Position numbers and translations under genes: made by a program. The notes below the pieces were generated by a model. It was given only the letters and a program-made list of their open reading frames with translations, made no database searches and had not been told where the DNA came from. Of a stretch of 64,000 nucleotides of DNA, positions 45,984 to 56,300 are shown one piece after another (the first letter of the stretch is position 1; each line of letters starts with the position of its first letter). The stretch is taken from IMG/VR virus record IMGVR_UViG_3300044796_000657, positions 1-64,000 of that record. One strand, written 5' to 3'.

Positions 45984-47377
45984 AACGGGAAAGGTCACGA
46001 AGAAACCCCACGGAGAATCTCGTCTCCGTGGGGTCAACTTGCCGGTGATCGGGCAAAAATAATCAGGACACGGTGGTGAAGCGTTTCATGTTCATTCTCC
46101 TCTTGGCTATGCCCCCGAACTTGGGGCGGGTTTCAGGAAACGGGGAAAGTCTGGGTGATGTTCACAGGTTCGGTATCAGATGCCCATCAGCCTGTATGGT
46201 CACTCGTCTTGGTGTCTACCGGGCCGTTAGTGAGGAGGATCAACTCTGTCATTGGCAACTAGCACGCAGGCGACGATATTGGCGGTCGGCGGCGGCAAGT
46301 ATCAGTTAACCCTCGGAAGCGGCGTTGTCGTCATGGTTGCCGCTGTGATCGGGCCGGTTTTCGGTATCAGGCTAATGGGCATCCTCTGGAAAAAAAGAAG
46401 GAACAAAGCTACGGGAATGGGTTTGGTTTTTTCATGGCGTGGTCTTTCATATAGGTATGGCCCCGGCTTTTGACGCTGCCCACTCAGCACCTAGACACCG
46501 AAAGGGTATCATTAAGGGCCATTTACGGGTGTGGGACATGAGCGACACTAGCCAAAAACAGAACTTCTCGGCAACATGTTATTCTCCGCCGTTGAGGGTG
46601 TTGGGCGTTTCAAATGGGCCGGGATACTACTTCTCGCCTACCTAAGCGGCTCGTTTGTGTCCGGTCAGGCCCGAAGCGAGTTTTTACAATCTAGTCCCGG
46701 TCAGCACGGATGCCTATGCTAATGGAATACCAACCATTAGCACCTTGGCTCCGATGTCTGTTTAGGGAAATCCCGATGTGAACATCGTAGCACCATCCTT
46801 TCATTAGGTTTATACAATTCCGGGCTGCTTAACCATCCTGAATGTTCCCGACGACCCGTGAGGGCTATCTATCTCACGGCACTTACGCACGCCGGGAACT
46901 ACCCAAGATACTACCACGTACTCTTTGGCCTGTCAAGACCATTCTTCACAATTATCACGGTGTATGGTCACTCGCTGAACATCCGTATATCTTCGCTCTC
47001 TTGGCCGTTAACATCCACAACGTGACCATACAGAAAACTTGGCGTTCAACCCTTAGAGATCCATCAGGATTCCAGCCCTTTTTCATACTTTTCATTTTCA
47101 GTGGTGGGCTTGGAATTGACTGCATTGGCCTTTGAAATGGTTTCCGGTGGCAAAATGGTGGGGCGTGCGTTAGAATGTCAGACAGTAGACAAGAGGGGGC
47201 TAGTACCAACCCATAGAGACCCCCTTGACTTTCCCCGTCAATCCCCTACCATATCCTTTATGTACAATACAGTGGTATGCTCTTTAACGGCTTTTTCCTG
47301 TTAAATGGCACTTTGGGCTTGTCTAGGCTTTGGCATTCTGTACGATAGTCTTATGGTGTTAGTGGTGGGGGTTCGGT

Positions 47378-47572
47378 TCAGGCTAATGGGCATCCTCTGG
47401 CTGCGAGTATTAGGAAGGAGGTGATGATGATTAGGCCGACGAGGTGTCTTAGGTAGTTTGGCACTGTGTTTGCTGGTATTGTGCAAACGATAGTGAAGCA
47501 GGCGATCATTGCGATTGCTGCTAGGATTGTGATAGGGTTTTGGCGTATGATGGCCCAGAGTGTATTTTTCAT
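47378..47572 (-). CDS. Small two-TM membrane protein
   Basis: LWAIIRQNPITI...; two hydrophobic segments. Confidence 0.6.
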   Translation of the reverse strand: MKNTLWAIIRQNPITILAAIAMIACFTIVCTIPANTVPNYLRHLVGLIIITSFLILAARGCPLA

Positions 47573-47763
47573 TTTAATTTCTTGACTAGCCATATGAGGC
47601 ATAGGACTGAGAGGATTGTGAGTATGATTGATGCTGGTATTTTGTAGGGGTTGTGGAGTCTGTTAATGGTGACCATGTGTAGGATGAGGGTGACCCATAG
47701 CACGATGAGTGGTGATTTGGCGAAGGCTCTTGTGAGCATCCAGAGTCTAGTTCTTGTGTTCAT
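47569..47763 (-). CDS. Small two-TM membrane protein
   Basis: LWMLTRAFAKSPLIV... Confidence 0.6.
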   Translation of the reverse strand: MNTRTRLWMLTRAFAKSPLIVLWVTLILHMVTINRLHNPYKIPASIILTILSVLCLIWLVKKLK

Positions 47764-47803
47764 TTTCGGCACACTACATGCACAGTTGGCGTGGTGTTGG
47801 GTT

Positions 47804-47983
47804 TTAGCGGATTGTTGCGAGTGTGCCTTCTGCGTTTCTGAGTGTGATGCTGTAGTATCCTTTTGCTGTTGCTTTGAGCCACATTCTTCGGACATGGTTT
47901 TCGTTGCCGGATACAAGTGTAAATCCGGTGCCGTTCATTTCTTCTGCCATTCCGTAGTGGGCGATGATTTGGAACACGTTCAT
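47804..47983 (-). CDS. Hypothetical protein
   Basis: MNVFQIIAHYG...; 59 aa. Confidence 0.6.
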   Translation of the reverse strand: MNVFQIIAHYGMAEEMNGTGFTLVSGNENHVRRMWLKATAKGYYSITLRNAEGTLATIR

Positions 47984-47988
47984 TCTCT

Positions 47989-48213
47989 TTATTTGGTTCG
48001 TTTGGTTTGGTGTATGATTGTGATGATTAGGGTGATTATGCAGAGTGTAGCGATGCACACTGTGGTTATCCGTTGTCTTTCTGTGTATGGCAGTGGTATG
48101 TTAAGCATTGGTTGTAGTGCTAGGAATGACAGGACGAAGTAAGTAGCTGGTTGTTTGAGTGCAAGGTGTGCGAGTAGCCATAGGATGTTTTTGGGTGTAG
48201 GTTTGTATGGCAT
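47989..48213 (-). CDS. Small two-TM membrane protein
   Basis: LWLLAHLALKQPATY...; preceded by motif 2. Confidence 0.65.
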   Translation of the reverse strand: MPYKPTPKNILWLLAHLALKQPATYFVLSFLALQPMLNIPLPYTERQRITTVCIATLCIITLIITIIHQTKRTK

Positions 48214-48255
48214 TTGGTATGTCCTGTATGTTTTGGCACACTAGCTGCACACTTG

Positions 48256-48465
48256 TTAGGCTTTTTTGAGGTTGGCTTCGAGTTTTGCCATTTCGGCGGC
48301 GTGGTGTTTGCCTTGTTTGACACGGGCGTCTGCTATTGTGTGTGCGAGTTCTTTGGCGGCATCGACTTCATCGGGTTTGAGTTCCCCTCGTAGTGCCCGG
48401 TTGACCATGTTAAGTTCATCGGTGGCGAGAACCAGTTGGTATGTCATAAACATGTCAAGTCTCAT
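48256..48465 (-). CDS. Hypothetical protein
   Basis: AAGGA SD. Confidence 0.75.
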   Translation of the reverse strand: MRLDMFMTYQLVLATDELNMVNRALRGELKPDEVDAAKELAHTIADARVKQGKHHAAEMAKLEANLKKA

Positions 48466-48482
48466 TGTATTATTCCTTTTTG

Positions 48483-48893
48483 TTAGTCGTACCATGCTCT
48501 GAGGCAAGTTTCTGTGGATTCGTATTCGTCGGCATTCTTGAACATTGTCTTGAATGCTTTTTGGAGTTTTGGTGAGGCTTTTCCTTGGAGTGATATTTGT
48601 GAGATAGTGATACGGAAGTCGGGTCTTTCTTCCGTAACGACGTATCCATCGCCTTGTAGTTCCGGGTATTCTTCCATGAACTTAACTATTTCGGCGATTG
48701 TGGGGCCGTTGTTTTGTGATTCTTCGGGGTCTAGGAAACCTCTTTCAATGAGCAGTTTGATTGCGTTGAGTTTGAGGCCGTCGAACAGTGCGATACCTCC
48801 TCCGTATTGTGGCGTATCTCTTTGTGTTTCTTCGTGGTTCCATTTGACGCCGTTGGCGGTCATGAGTTCATCACGTTTGGCTTGTCTTTGCAT
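48483..48893 (-). CDS. Hypothetical protein
   Basis: AAGGA SD; ends ...RAWYD. Confidence 0.8.
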   Translation of the reverse strand: MQRQAKRDELMTANGVKWNHEETQRDTPQYGGGIALFDGLKLNAIKLLIERGFLDPEESQNNGPTIAEIVKFMEEYPELQGDGYVVTEERPDFRITISQISLQGKASPKLQKAFKTMFKNADEYESTETCLRAWYD

Positions 48894-48901
48894 TGTATTC
48901 C

Positions 48902-49159
48902 TTAGTGTTTGTAGCGGCTGTAGCTTTGTTGAACGTCTATGTGGATTTTTATTGCGATGTAGATTGCGTAGCTTGTGAAGGTGATTAGTCCCAAGCAAAG
49001 GATCAAGCCTGCTAGTGCTGAGATTTCGTTGGCGGTCTTTTTGGCTTTGGAGAGTTTGGTTATTGCTGCTGTGGTTAGCAGTGTGATGAAACCTATCACT
49101 GTGATAGTGAGTGTCAGGATGAGGTTATTGAGCAGTGTGTTAACTTCGTAGGATGTCAT
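48902..49159 (-). CDS. Two-TM membrane protein
   Basis: Two hydrophobic segments. Confidence 0.7.
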   Translation of the reverse strand: MTSYEVNTLLNNLILTLTITVIGFITLLTTAAITKLSKAKKTANEISALAGLILCLGLITFTSYAIYIAIKIHIDVQQSYSRYKH

Positions 49160-49214
49160 TGTTGTTCTCGTTTGAGGGTTTTGGGGAATTTCCCTTTATG
49201 TTAAGGGTGTATGG

Positions 49215-49457
49215 TCACTGTGATTTGTAGGTTGCTTGTCCTACGTTAAATCCTTTGGCGAAGCCTTCGAGTTTGTGGTTGATTTCCTTGATTTGTTCGG
49301 GTGTGAGTTCGTTGAGTGAGAGAAATGCGATTGCGTATCCCTCTTTGAAGTGTGCGGTGAAGTGTGCACCGCTACTTCTGAATGTTTCGGTGGCGAATTC
49401 GATGAGTGCGTTGGCTTGATTGTAATTCAAGCCTTTGAGTGTGGTTTGGTAATTCAC
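49215..49457 (-). CDS. Cassette ORFan
   Basis: GGAGAG SD + GTG; TGA stop inside the site. Confidence 0.75.
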   Translation of the reverse strand: MNYQTTLKGLNYNQANALIEFATETFRSSGAHFTAHFKEGYAIAFLSLNELTPEQIKEINHKLEGFAKGFNVGQATYKSQ

Positions 49458-49972
49458 AGTCTCTCCTTTACGCAGATGCAGGTGAAGGTATGTCCCTTGT
49501 GGGAATCGTCGATGGTTTTTTGGAAGATTTCTTCTGCCCATTCATCGATATTGTGTTGGTGGACTGTTGTGATATTAACGTATTTCCCTCTGTGGGTTGG
49601 TCGGTTGTCCATTGAGCTGGACTGGTATCGTACGATGATACTTGTGGGATCTTGGAATTTGTCTACGGTTTGGATGATTTTGGATTTTCTGAGGGCTTGG
49701 GCGAGGAGTTCGGGTGAGGATTGGTATTGTAGTTCTTCTGCCCAACCGCCGATAGCGAGCATGAAACCGAAGGCGTGGATGTGGATTTTGAGTTGTAGGA
49801 TGTTTTCGTAGGGGATTGTTTCCTTGTTAATTTTGATGGTTTGTTTGTTGTCGGAGTTTTGTTTGAGTTTGCCTTTGTAGGTTCTGTTGTCTTTTGTTGT
49901 GAGGGTGACGAGGTGTCCTGTCAGCTTTGTGGCATCTTGATCGTTGAACGGGATTTTGGCGAAGTTTTGCAT
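49454..49972 (-). CDS. Cassette ORFan with N-terminal Sm/RimP-like beta segment
   Basis: GHLVTLTT..NRTYKGKL...IPYENI; GGGGA SD. Confidence 0.75.
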   Translation of the reverse strand: MQNFAKIPFNDQDATKLTGHLVTLTTKDNRTYKGKLKQNSDNKQTIKINKETIPYENILQLKIHIHAFGFMLAIGGWAEELQYQSSPELLAQALRKSKIIQTVDKFQDPTSIIVRYQSSSMDNRPTHRGKYVNITTVHQHNIDEWAEEIFQKTIDDSHKGHTFTCICVKERL

Positions 49973-50004
49973 GGTTGTTTCCCCTTTATTTTAAGGGTGT
50001 ATGG

Positions 50005-50271
50005 TCACTTGATTTCTTGGATGTGGAAAGGTTTGACTGTGGCGACGAGTCTTGTGCCGATGCCTAGTGTATCTCTCATGATTTGTGCGGCTTCTCCGAG
50101 TGGTCCGCTACTTGTTTTGAGCATGGTGTCGAGTAGTTTGGCACGGTCGGCGCATTTCTGTTTGGCTTTGGGGTCTTTATCGGGATTTGGGAATACGCAA
50201 ACGTCTTGAGTTTGTCGGTATTGTCCGTTTCCGATGGCGTAGGTGATGATAACGCAGCAGTAGGATTCCAT
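50005..50271 (-). CDS. Cassette ORFan
   Basis: AAGGA SD; TGA stop inside the site. Confidence 0.75.
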   Translation of the reverse strand: MESYCCVIITYAIGNGQYRQTQDVCVFPNPDKDPKAKQKCADRAKLLDTMLKTSSGPLGEAAQIMRDTLGIGTRLVATVKPFHIQEIK

Positions 50272-50315
50272 TGGTATTTTCCTTAGTGCCTCTTGGTAAC
50301 CATGAGGGTGTATGG

Positions 50316-50621
50316 TCACCGTCTAGCTCGGTAGAAGTGTGTTGTGTGGCTTGCTTTGGGGCCGAGCTGGTATCCCAACTGGAAAAATTCGTGGTGATCG
50401 GCGGGTGTGCTGGTGTAGCCTATGGAGGGCTTGTATTTCCAATAGAAGCCGGGTTGTGATTCTATGTGTATCTTAACGATTTCAATGAGGTTTTCGGTTT
50501 TATCCTTGTGGTCGATCATTATGAGTGTATCGCCCGGTTTCAGGATACTGAGTTTGATGATACGTCGTTGTTTGCGGTATCCGTTTGTGGGGCGTCCGAG
50601 TTCATAGGTTCTGTTTGCCAT
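50316..50621 (-). CDS. Cassette ORFan, paralog of 51683-51979
   Basis: RTY..GR.T.GYRK...L..GDTLIMIDH..KTENLIE; TGA stop inside the site. Confidence 0.8.
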   Translation of the reverse strand: MANRTYELGRPTNGYRKQRRIIKLSILKPGDTLIMIDHKDKTENLIEIVKIHIESQPGFYWKYKPSIGYTSTPADHHEFFQLGYQLGPKASHTTHFYRARR

Positions 50622-50835
50622 TGTTAACCTTTGATGAATTTGTCTTCGGTGATTGAGCAATCGTGCCAGCCGAAGGAATCCAACCAGAGATAGTGTCCCG
50701 GTTGTTTGGGGTCTTCGGTGATTGTTCGTTTGCCTAAGTGTGGCAGTGTGATTGTCATTTGGTTCTCCTTGAAAGTAGGTGGTTTAGGTCTGCCGTATCC
50801 TTGCTTTTATGGTTTTCTTTGACACCGCAACCCGG

Positions 50836-51240
50836 TTAACCGTACTCTGCCATATTAGCGGCTATTAGATTGTTGTGTGCTTCGGCGAGGCATTGGCAGG
50901 TTCCGCATTCGGATGTAGGCAGGATGGGTGCGTCGAGTTTGTTTTTGTCGTCAAATTGTTTGCCTGCTTTGGCTTGACGGATTTCGTTTTCCGTGTATTC
51001 CGCTGTACATCCGCAGGGGCAGAATTGGACGGTGTATCGTTCTTCGGTGAGTTGGATGATGCATTCGTTGAAGAGTTCGTCGTCTCCTACTTTGGTTCGT
51101 CCAGTAGTGACTTTGTGGATTTTGCCGTGGTAGGAGTGTTGTAGGCCGCTGTCTCTGGTGATGACGGTAGCGGTTTGTCCTTCGAATTTGTCGGCGGTTT
51201 CGAAGGTGAAGGGGTCGGTGAGCGAGTAGTAGTGTCGCAT
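50836..51240 (-). CDS. Hypothetical protein with Cys motifs
   Basis: GAGG SD; CPCGC and CGTCQC. Confidence 0.75.
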   Translation of the reverse strand: MRHYYSLTDPFTFETADKFEGQTATVITRDSGLQHSYHGKIHKVTTGRTKVGDDELFNECIIQLTEERYTVQFCPCGCTAEYTENEIRQAKAGKQFDDKNKLDAPILPTSECGTCQCLAEAHNNLIAANMAEYG

Positions 51241-51418
51241 TGTTAACCTCGTAGTTTGGCGATGGCGGTTGGGGCGATGGCAATGAGCAGCAGGACGATC
51301 ATGAGTACGAACACCATACTCATCCAAAAGACGACCTTAAGTTCCTCTTGGACTCTTTTGAGTTGGGATTGTAGGGCTTCGATTTCGGCTTTTTGTGCTG
51401 CTAGTTCTTCTTGAATGG

Positions 51419-51649
51419 TCATTGGATTCCTGCCAGTTGGTTAATGAGTTCGTCGGCGTCGGTGTTTGTATCGTGGCAGAACTTAGCGAAGTCGGCTTCG
51501 AAGTTTGTGGCGAAGAATTCTATTTGGTGACTGCCGCCTTGACCAGAGTTGTAGACTTCGGCAACGGGGGTGTCATTGAGTGTGAGGATTGCTCCGAGAG
51601 TGTAGGAGTATTCGCCCTTTTGTTTCTCTGCGTGTTGGAGTTTATACAT
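51419..51649 (-). CDS. Hypothetical protein
   Basis: 76 aa. Confidence 0.7.
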   Translation of the reverse strand: MYKLQHAEKQKGEYSYTLGAILTLNDTPVAEVYNSGQGGSHQIEFFATNFEADFAKFCHDTNTDADELINQLAGIQ

Positions 51650-51682
51650 GGCTTAAGTTCGTTTGGTGAAGGTTCCTAGATC

Positions 51683-51979
51683 CTAGTAAGCCATTGCTTT
51701 GTGGAAGTAGGTGTTTTTGTTAAGGTCGTTGGCCCAAGTGAACGATTCTTGGTTCAGGCCGGGGCAGGGTGTGTTGTGTTTGTCTTGTTTGTATTTCCAT
51801 GCGAATCCTTTGGATGGGGATTCTCGAAGTTCGGTGACTTCGATGAGGTTTTCGGTTTTGCCGTCGTGGTCAATCATGATGAGGGTATCGCCCACTTGGA
51901 GCAATTTCATCTTGGTGACCCGTTTGGTTTTGCGGTATCCGGCTGTGGAACGTCCAGCATCGTAGGTTCGCTTGGCCAT
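51683..51979 (-). CDS. Cassette ORFan, paralog of 50316-50621
   Basis: GGGGA SD; same conserved blocks. Confidence 0.8.
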   Translation of the reverse strand: MAKRTYDAGRSTAGYRKTKRVTKMKLLQVGDTLIMIDHDGKTENLIEVTELRESPSKGFAWKYKQDKHNTPCPGLNQESFTWANDLNKNTYFHKAMAY

Positions 51980-52164
51980 TTTGTTTCCCCTGTGTTAACA
52001 ATAAGGGTGTATGGTCACTGGAATGTGATGGTGTAGTATTCGTCCGTATATTTGCCGTTTTGTTGTGCGGAGGACTTCGGCTTGTTTATTTGAATCGAAC
52101 ATTTTGGTTAGGTCTGGGGCATTGTGGTAGCCGAGAACTTTGTGGTTGAAAATTTGGAACATAG

Positions 52165-52425
52165 TTAATCCTCAATGGGTTTAATGGGTTCAACGTACGG
52201 CTTCCAGTTTTTGACCTGTTCGCCGTTCATCCATCGTCCTTCATCTTGGTAGAGATTGAAGATTTGGCCGGAGGTTTTGAGGGCTAGGGCTTTGGCCTTA
52301 GTGGATTCTGTGTCGAGAATGTGGCCGTGGCTGTTTTTGAGTGCCCATTTATTGCCGTGTTTTTCGACTGTCCACTTTTCGGGTGGGTCGGCATCGTGTT
52401 CGGCTTTGGTGAGATGGAGTGCCAT
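52165..52425 (-). CDS. Hypothetical protein
   Basis: MALHLTKAEHDA... Confidence 0.7.
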   Translation of the reverse strand: MALHLTKAEHDADPPEKWTVEKHGNKWALKNSHGHILDTESTKAKALALKTSGQIFNLYQDEGRWMNGEQVKNWKPYVEPIKPIED

Positions 52426-52552
52426 TTTAGTTGTACCAACGGGTGACAATGAAACGCTGATCAATGACATCGTAAATAAGTTCGGCGGCGGTGCGGATTG
52501 TGGCATTCGGCTTACGCAAGTGAATAATGAGCATTTACCGTGTCTCTTGGGG

Positions 52553-52828
52553 TTAAAACTGCTTGGTGGGGTTTTCGGCGTTCCATTGCTTTTTGGCTTT
52601 GAGGAATGTCAACTTAATGTCTTGTAGCTGAAACCAGATTTTGAATGCGAGCAGGTTTTGGGGGCAGGTGCCGAGCGTGCCCCGTATTACTTCACCGTCA
52701 AGAGTGAAGGTTCCATCGGTACCGTAGTCGTCAAGCCTTGCCGCCGAGGATACTGATGCCCGTAACGATGCCGTAGTATCCTCGATTGTGGAAGGCTGCG
52801 AGCTTGATGTTAAACTGAACAGCATCAC
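52553..52828 (-). CDS. Hypothetical protein
   Basis: 91-aa ORF. Confidence 0.55.
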   Translation of the reverse strand: MMLFSLTSSSQPSTIEDTTASLRASVSSAARLDDYGTDGTFTLDGEVIRGTLGTCPQNLLAFKIWFQLQDIKLTFLKAKKQWNAENPTKQF

Positions 52829-52873
52829 CTATCTTCAACCCTGTGTATTCAGTTTTGCGGGCGGCTGCGTTTT

Positions 52874-53263
52874 TCATAGTTGCTCATAAATGAGGAACAA
52901 TTGAACTTTGATTCTTTTGATGGTTTGGTGTCCCATGCCACTCAATGGCGGATTCATCCAGTATTTCCACTCACCATCATAAATCATTTTTGAAACTTCA
53001 TCGTATTTTGCTTGGGGGTGAGAACGCAATGTACTCTTCATATTGGCATCAAAGCGTTCATCAACTGCCTCTTTGATGGTTTGAAAGCAAGCGGTGAGTG
53101 TGGGGAATTTTCCTTTCCATTCAATGGGTTTGTCAGGCAGTGTTTCAGGGTTAACATCATGGAGATGGTTTGACCATACTTCCCACAATGCTTGACCTTG
53201 ATTCATGAACTGCCCATTGAGCAGGTCAATGATTGCACACTTGAATTTTTCCTTAGTATCCAT
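52874..53263 (-). CDS. Hypothetical protein
   Basis: 129 aa. Confidence 0.75.
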   Translation of the reverse strand: MDTKEKFKCAIIDLLNGQFMNQGQALWEVWSNHLHDVNPETLPDKPIEWKGKFPTLTACFQTIKEAVDERFDANMKSTLRSHPQAKYDEVSKMIYDGEWKYWMNPPLSGMGHQTIKRIKVQLFLIYEQL

Positions 53264-53269
53264 TGTCAA

Positions 53270-53298
53270 ATTGTCTCATATTGTGTAGGGTTTGTCAA
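53270..53298 (-). promoter_or_regulatory. Possible sigma70 promoter
   Basis: TTGACA-17-GACAAT on the - strand. Confidence 0.45.
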
Positions 53299-53307
53299 GA
53301 CAATTCT

Positions 53308-56300
53308 TTAATTTGCAACCTCAACTTCGAGGGCTTTGATGAGGTTAGCAATCTCCTCTTCAAGTTTTTCGGTGCCGATCTTCGCCCATAGCCATCCATT
53401 GGCCGTAGCGATGAAGTGTACATCTTGTTCGTTGTTGTCACCGTAGAACTTCGCTTCACGGATTTTGGCTATGATACTGCCAATGTCACCAGTATCCCAT
53501 TTTCGGCGATGAGCGAACGTGCGGAGGAAGTTTTCGTATGCGAAGCCGATTTCTTCTGCAGACTTGGTAGAGCTGCACACATTCGCATTATCGCTTGTGG
53601 TAATGGTGGGCGTAGTGTCTTTAATGGAGAAGTCAGAGAAGTTAACATTCTTCCACCAAAAACAACCGACGACCGGACCGCTTGCCATAGTGAATGAGCC
53701 ATCAATCGATGAAGCGTAGCAAAAGATTTGCTGTCCTTTATAACGAATTTGTGTGTGGTGATTCTTAAGGCCATCAATGAGGAATCTGATTTGCTCGTCG
53801 GAGATATTTATCTTCGGTATGAATGCGAAGTCTTCGTATTTGGTACTATTCCAATAAATGGGCGTATTCGCATCGGTGCTGTAAAAGAAAAGTCCGGACA
53901 TACTCGTCACTTCTTGGTTTTTGTAAAGCACTTTGCCCTCAAATGCCTTGATATACTTAATTTGGTTTTCAAGAACTTGTACTCCAACCTTGAAGTAAAT
54001 GACGGGATGGGTGGTTTGCCAATCAATGTTAACATCACCCTCTTTCACCTCGAAATTATCAAGGTAGCATTCTTTCCAGTTGAAGCAATTCATAATTGCT
54101 GCGTCAGCCAAATCCTTATTGTATGCACTGTTGATTGGGTGAGGATAGCCATTGGTGAATTGCCAAACTTTCACCTTATCATCATTTGTGTATGTGACTC
54201 GGTAGTGTTTATGAGCGGCAAATAGTTTGAGTTTTTCCACTTGTGCCATCGTGACGACGATTCTTGGCCAAATGTAATCTTCAATTCTCGTTTCTTTGAC
54301 ATTCACAATGGTGTGATACTTGTCATCGGCAACGGTGATCGTCATGTGTTGAATGAGCGACTGTTTTGAGTCTCCCACATTGCGGAGCATCGCCGTCACT
54401 TGTTTGCCTTGGTACTTAACGGTGCACACATTCGCCTTGAAGAGCTTCTGTGCAAATTCTTCCGTCATGTTGAATGACTTTTGTGTCGCTTTCTTCTCCT
54501 CTTCGATTGTGAAGTCTTCGATGTTAGCTTCACTGATTAGGATTTCTTTTCGTGGTGATTCAAAGCCGTAGTAATATGTCACTTGGGACATAACTTCGCC
54601 CTTGCCTTTATTGAAACCGGTAAGACCGATGCCCTTGTACTTAACCTCCTTGTGATCCCAATGAGCATCAAATATTTGTTTGGCGAGTGCTTCTGTCATA
54701 TTGGTGGCTTTTGCGGTTTGCCAATCAATGTTAACGCCGTCTTTGACGACTTTGAATTGTTCAGTATAGCACGATTCCCAATTCCAATGATCTTTTGCAA
54801 GATCCATGAAAGATGTTCCCGAAGGAAATTGTGTTTTATTACTTCTGTATCCATTTCCTAGTGAATAGATCGTTACCGTTCCCTGAATATTATAAGAAAC
54901 TTGGTATGCCTTATTGGCGGCAAACAGCTTGATTTTTTCGATTTGCTCCGGTGTTATTCTCGTTAACGCTTTGAGTTCGTAATCTTCAATGTTGGTATTG
55001 TGGATCAAAGTGTGTTTACCGGCGAACACAAATCCTACCCCTTTCCCTCTCACAACTTCCAAGTCCCCATTCAATCCGATAAAGTGAGAAATTATATTAC
55101 CTTGATACTTGGGATACTCAGAGTTTCGACATGCCAACGCAACCTTGTTGGCAAATTCATCGGTCATGTTATAAGTCGGTTCGGGTAAAGTGTTAAGCCA
55201 ATCAAGCCAATCAATGTTAACACCATCCTTCGTTACCTTGAAGTTGTCCACATAACAGCCACTCCAACCCCAAGACGTTTTAGCAAGATCGATGTGGGTG
55301 TGCACAGAAGCCCGTTTGAATCCACTGGTCAAAAAGTAAGGAGCTGAGGCGAGAGTATTTCCCATTTGGGGATTTGTATACGTAACTTCGTAAACCTTAT
55401 TGGCAGCAAGCAATCTGATTTTTGTGATTTGCTCTGCGGTGACGACTTCCCCCACGGCTGGCATCGTGTAATCTTCGATGTTAGTGTATCTGACTTCAAT
55501 AGCATCGCCCACATCGACTGTGTTAATTAACATCTCCATAACCGTTCCTTGCGGTCTGAGGGCACAAATGCGTTTGCCTTTGTATAACATCTCACATTTG
55601 GTGAATATCTTATGGATACGTGAAGCAAATTCTTCAGTCATGGTGTAAGTCGGTTCAAAGATTTCATAATCTTCCATATTGGTATAGAGAATTGAAATGG
55701 GACTATATTGCTTGCCGACCAACACAAATTCCGTCGCCTCAATAACACTCAAATTATTGCTCAATCCAGCGAAATAAGCAATTTGCTCATTTTTGTATCT
55801 TGGACACTTCATATTTCGACATGCAAATATAATTTTATTTGCGAATTCATCGGTCATGTTGTAAGTCGGTTCGGGTTCGGTGTTGAGCCAATCAATGACA
55901 ACACCATCCTTTGTAACTTTGAAATTGTCCACATAAGAAATTTTCCAATCCCAAGTTGTTTTTGCTATATCGATGTGGTTGTTCAAAGATTCACGTTTGA
56001 ATCCATTGGTCACAAAGTGAGGGACAGTAGGGAGCTTGTTGCTCACTTGAGGATTTGTATATGTGACTTCATACACCCTATTGGCAGCAAACAATTTGAT
56101 TTTTGCGATTTGTTCTAACGAGACAAGTAAACCTTCTGGCATAGTATAATCTTCGATGTTGGTATATTTGACTTGGACAAAGTCAGCAACGCCGACTGTG
56201 TTAATTTGTATCTTTTCCATAACTGTGTCGCTGGCCTTGCCCAACAGACTGACACCACAAATGCGTTTGCCCTTGTATAGCATATTGCATTTGGTGAATG

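Larger units (their letters stand above)
28763..47032 (+). repeat. GTGACCATACA site, plus-oriented copies within the minus-strand arm (12 exact)
   Basis: Starts at 28763, 28860, 28914, 28968, 29013, 29803, 29859, 32208, 34898, 40269, 45898, 47022. Confidence 0.95.
39941..48252 (-). promoter_or_regulatory. Second intergenic motif GTGTGCAGnWAnTGTGC (5 copies)
   Basis: GCACA(C/T)TnnCTGCACAC on + at 39941, 44159, 44237, 44952, 48236. Confidence 0.75.

Noticed and set aside
32208-50319. ORF-track starts MTI(H/Q).., MVT.. and MVVN.. as a peptide family
   Set aside because: These are translations of the DNA site (GTG ACC ATA, ATG GTC AC, ATG GTT GTT AAC). The real starts lie downstream behind SD sequences.
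10578-52162. Programmed frameshifting at about 10583, 33505 and 52100
   Set aside because: No slippery heptamer or stimulatory structure is evident. Each is a single-base indel in a short run (GG, GG, AAAA), so sequencing error or decay is more likely. Reads should be checked.
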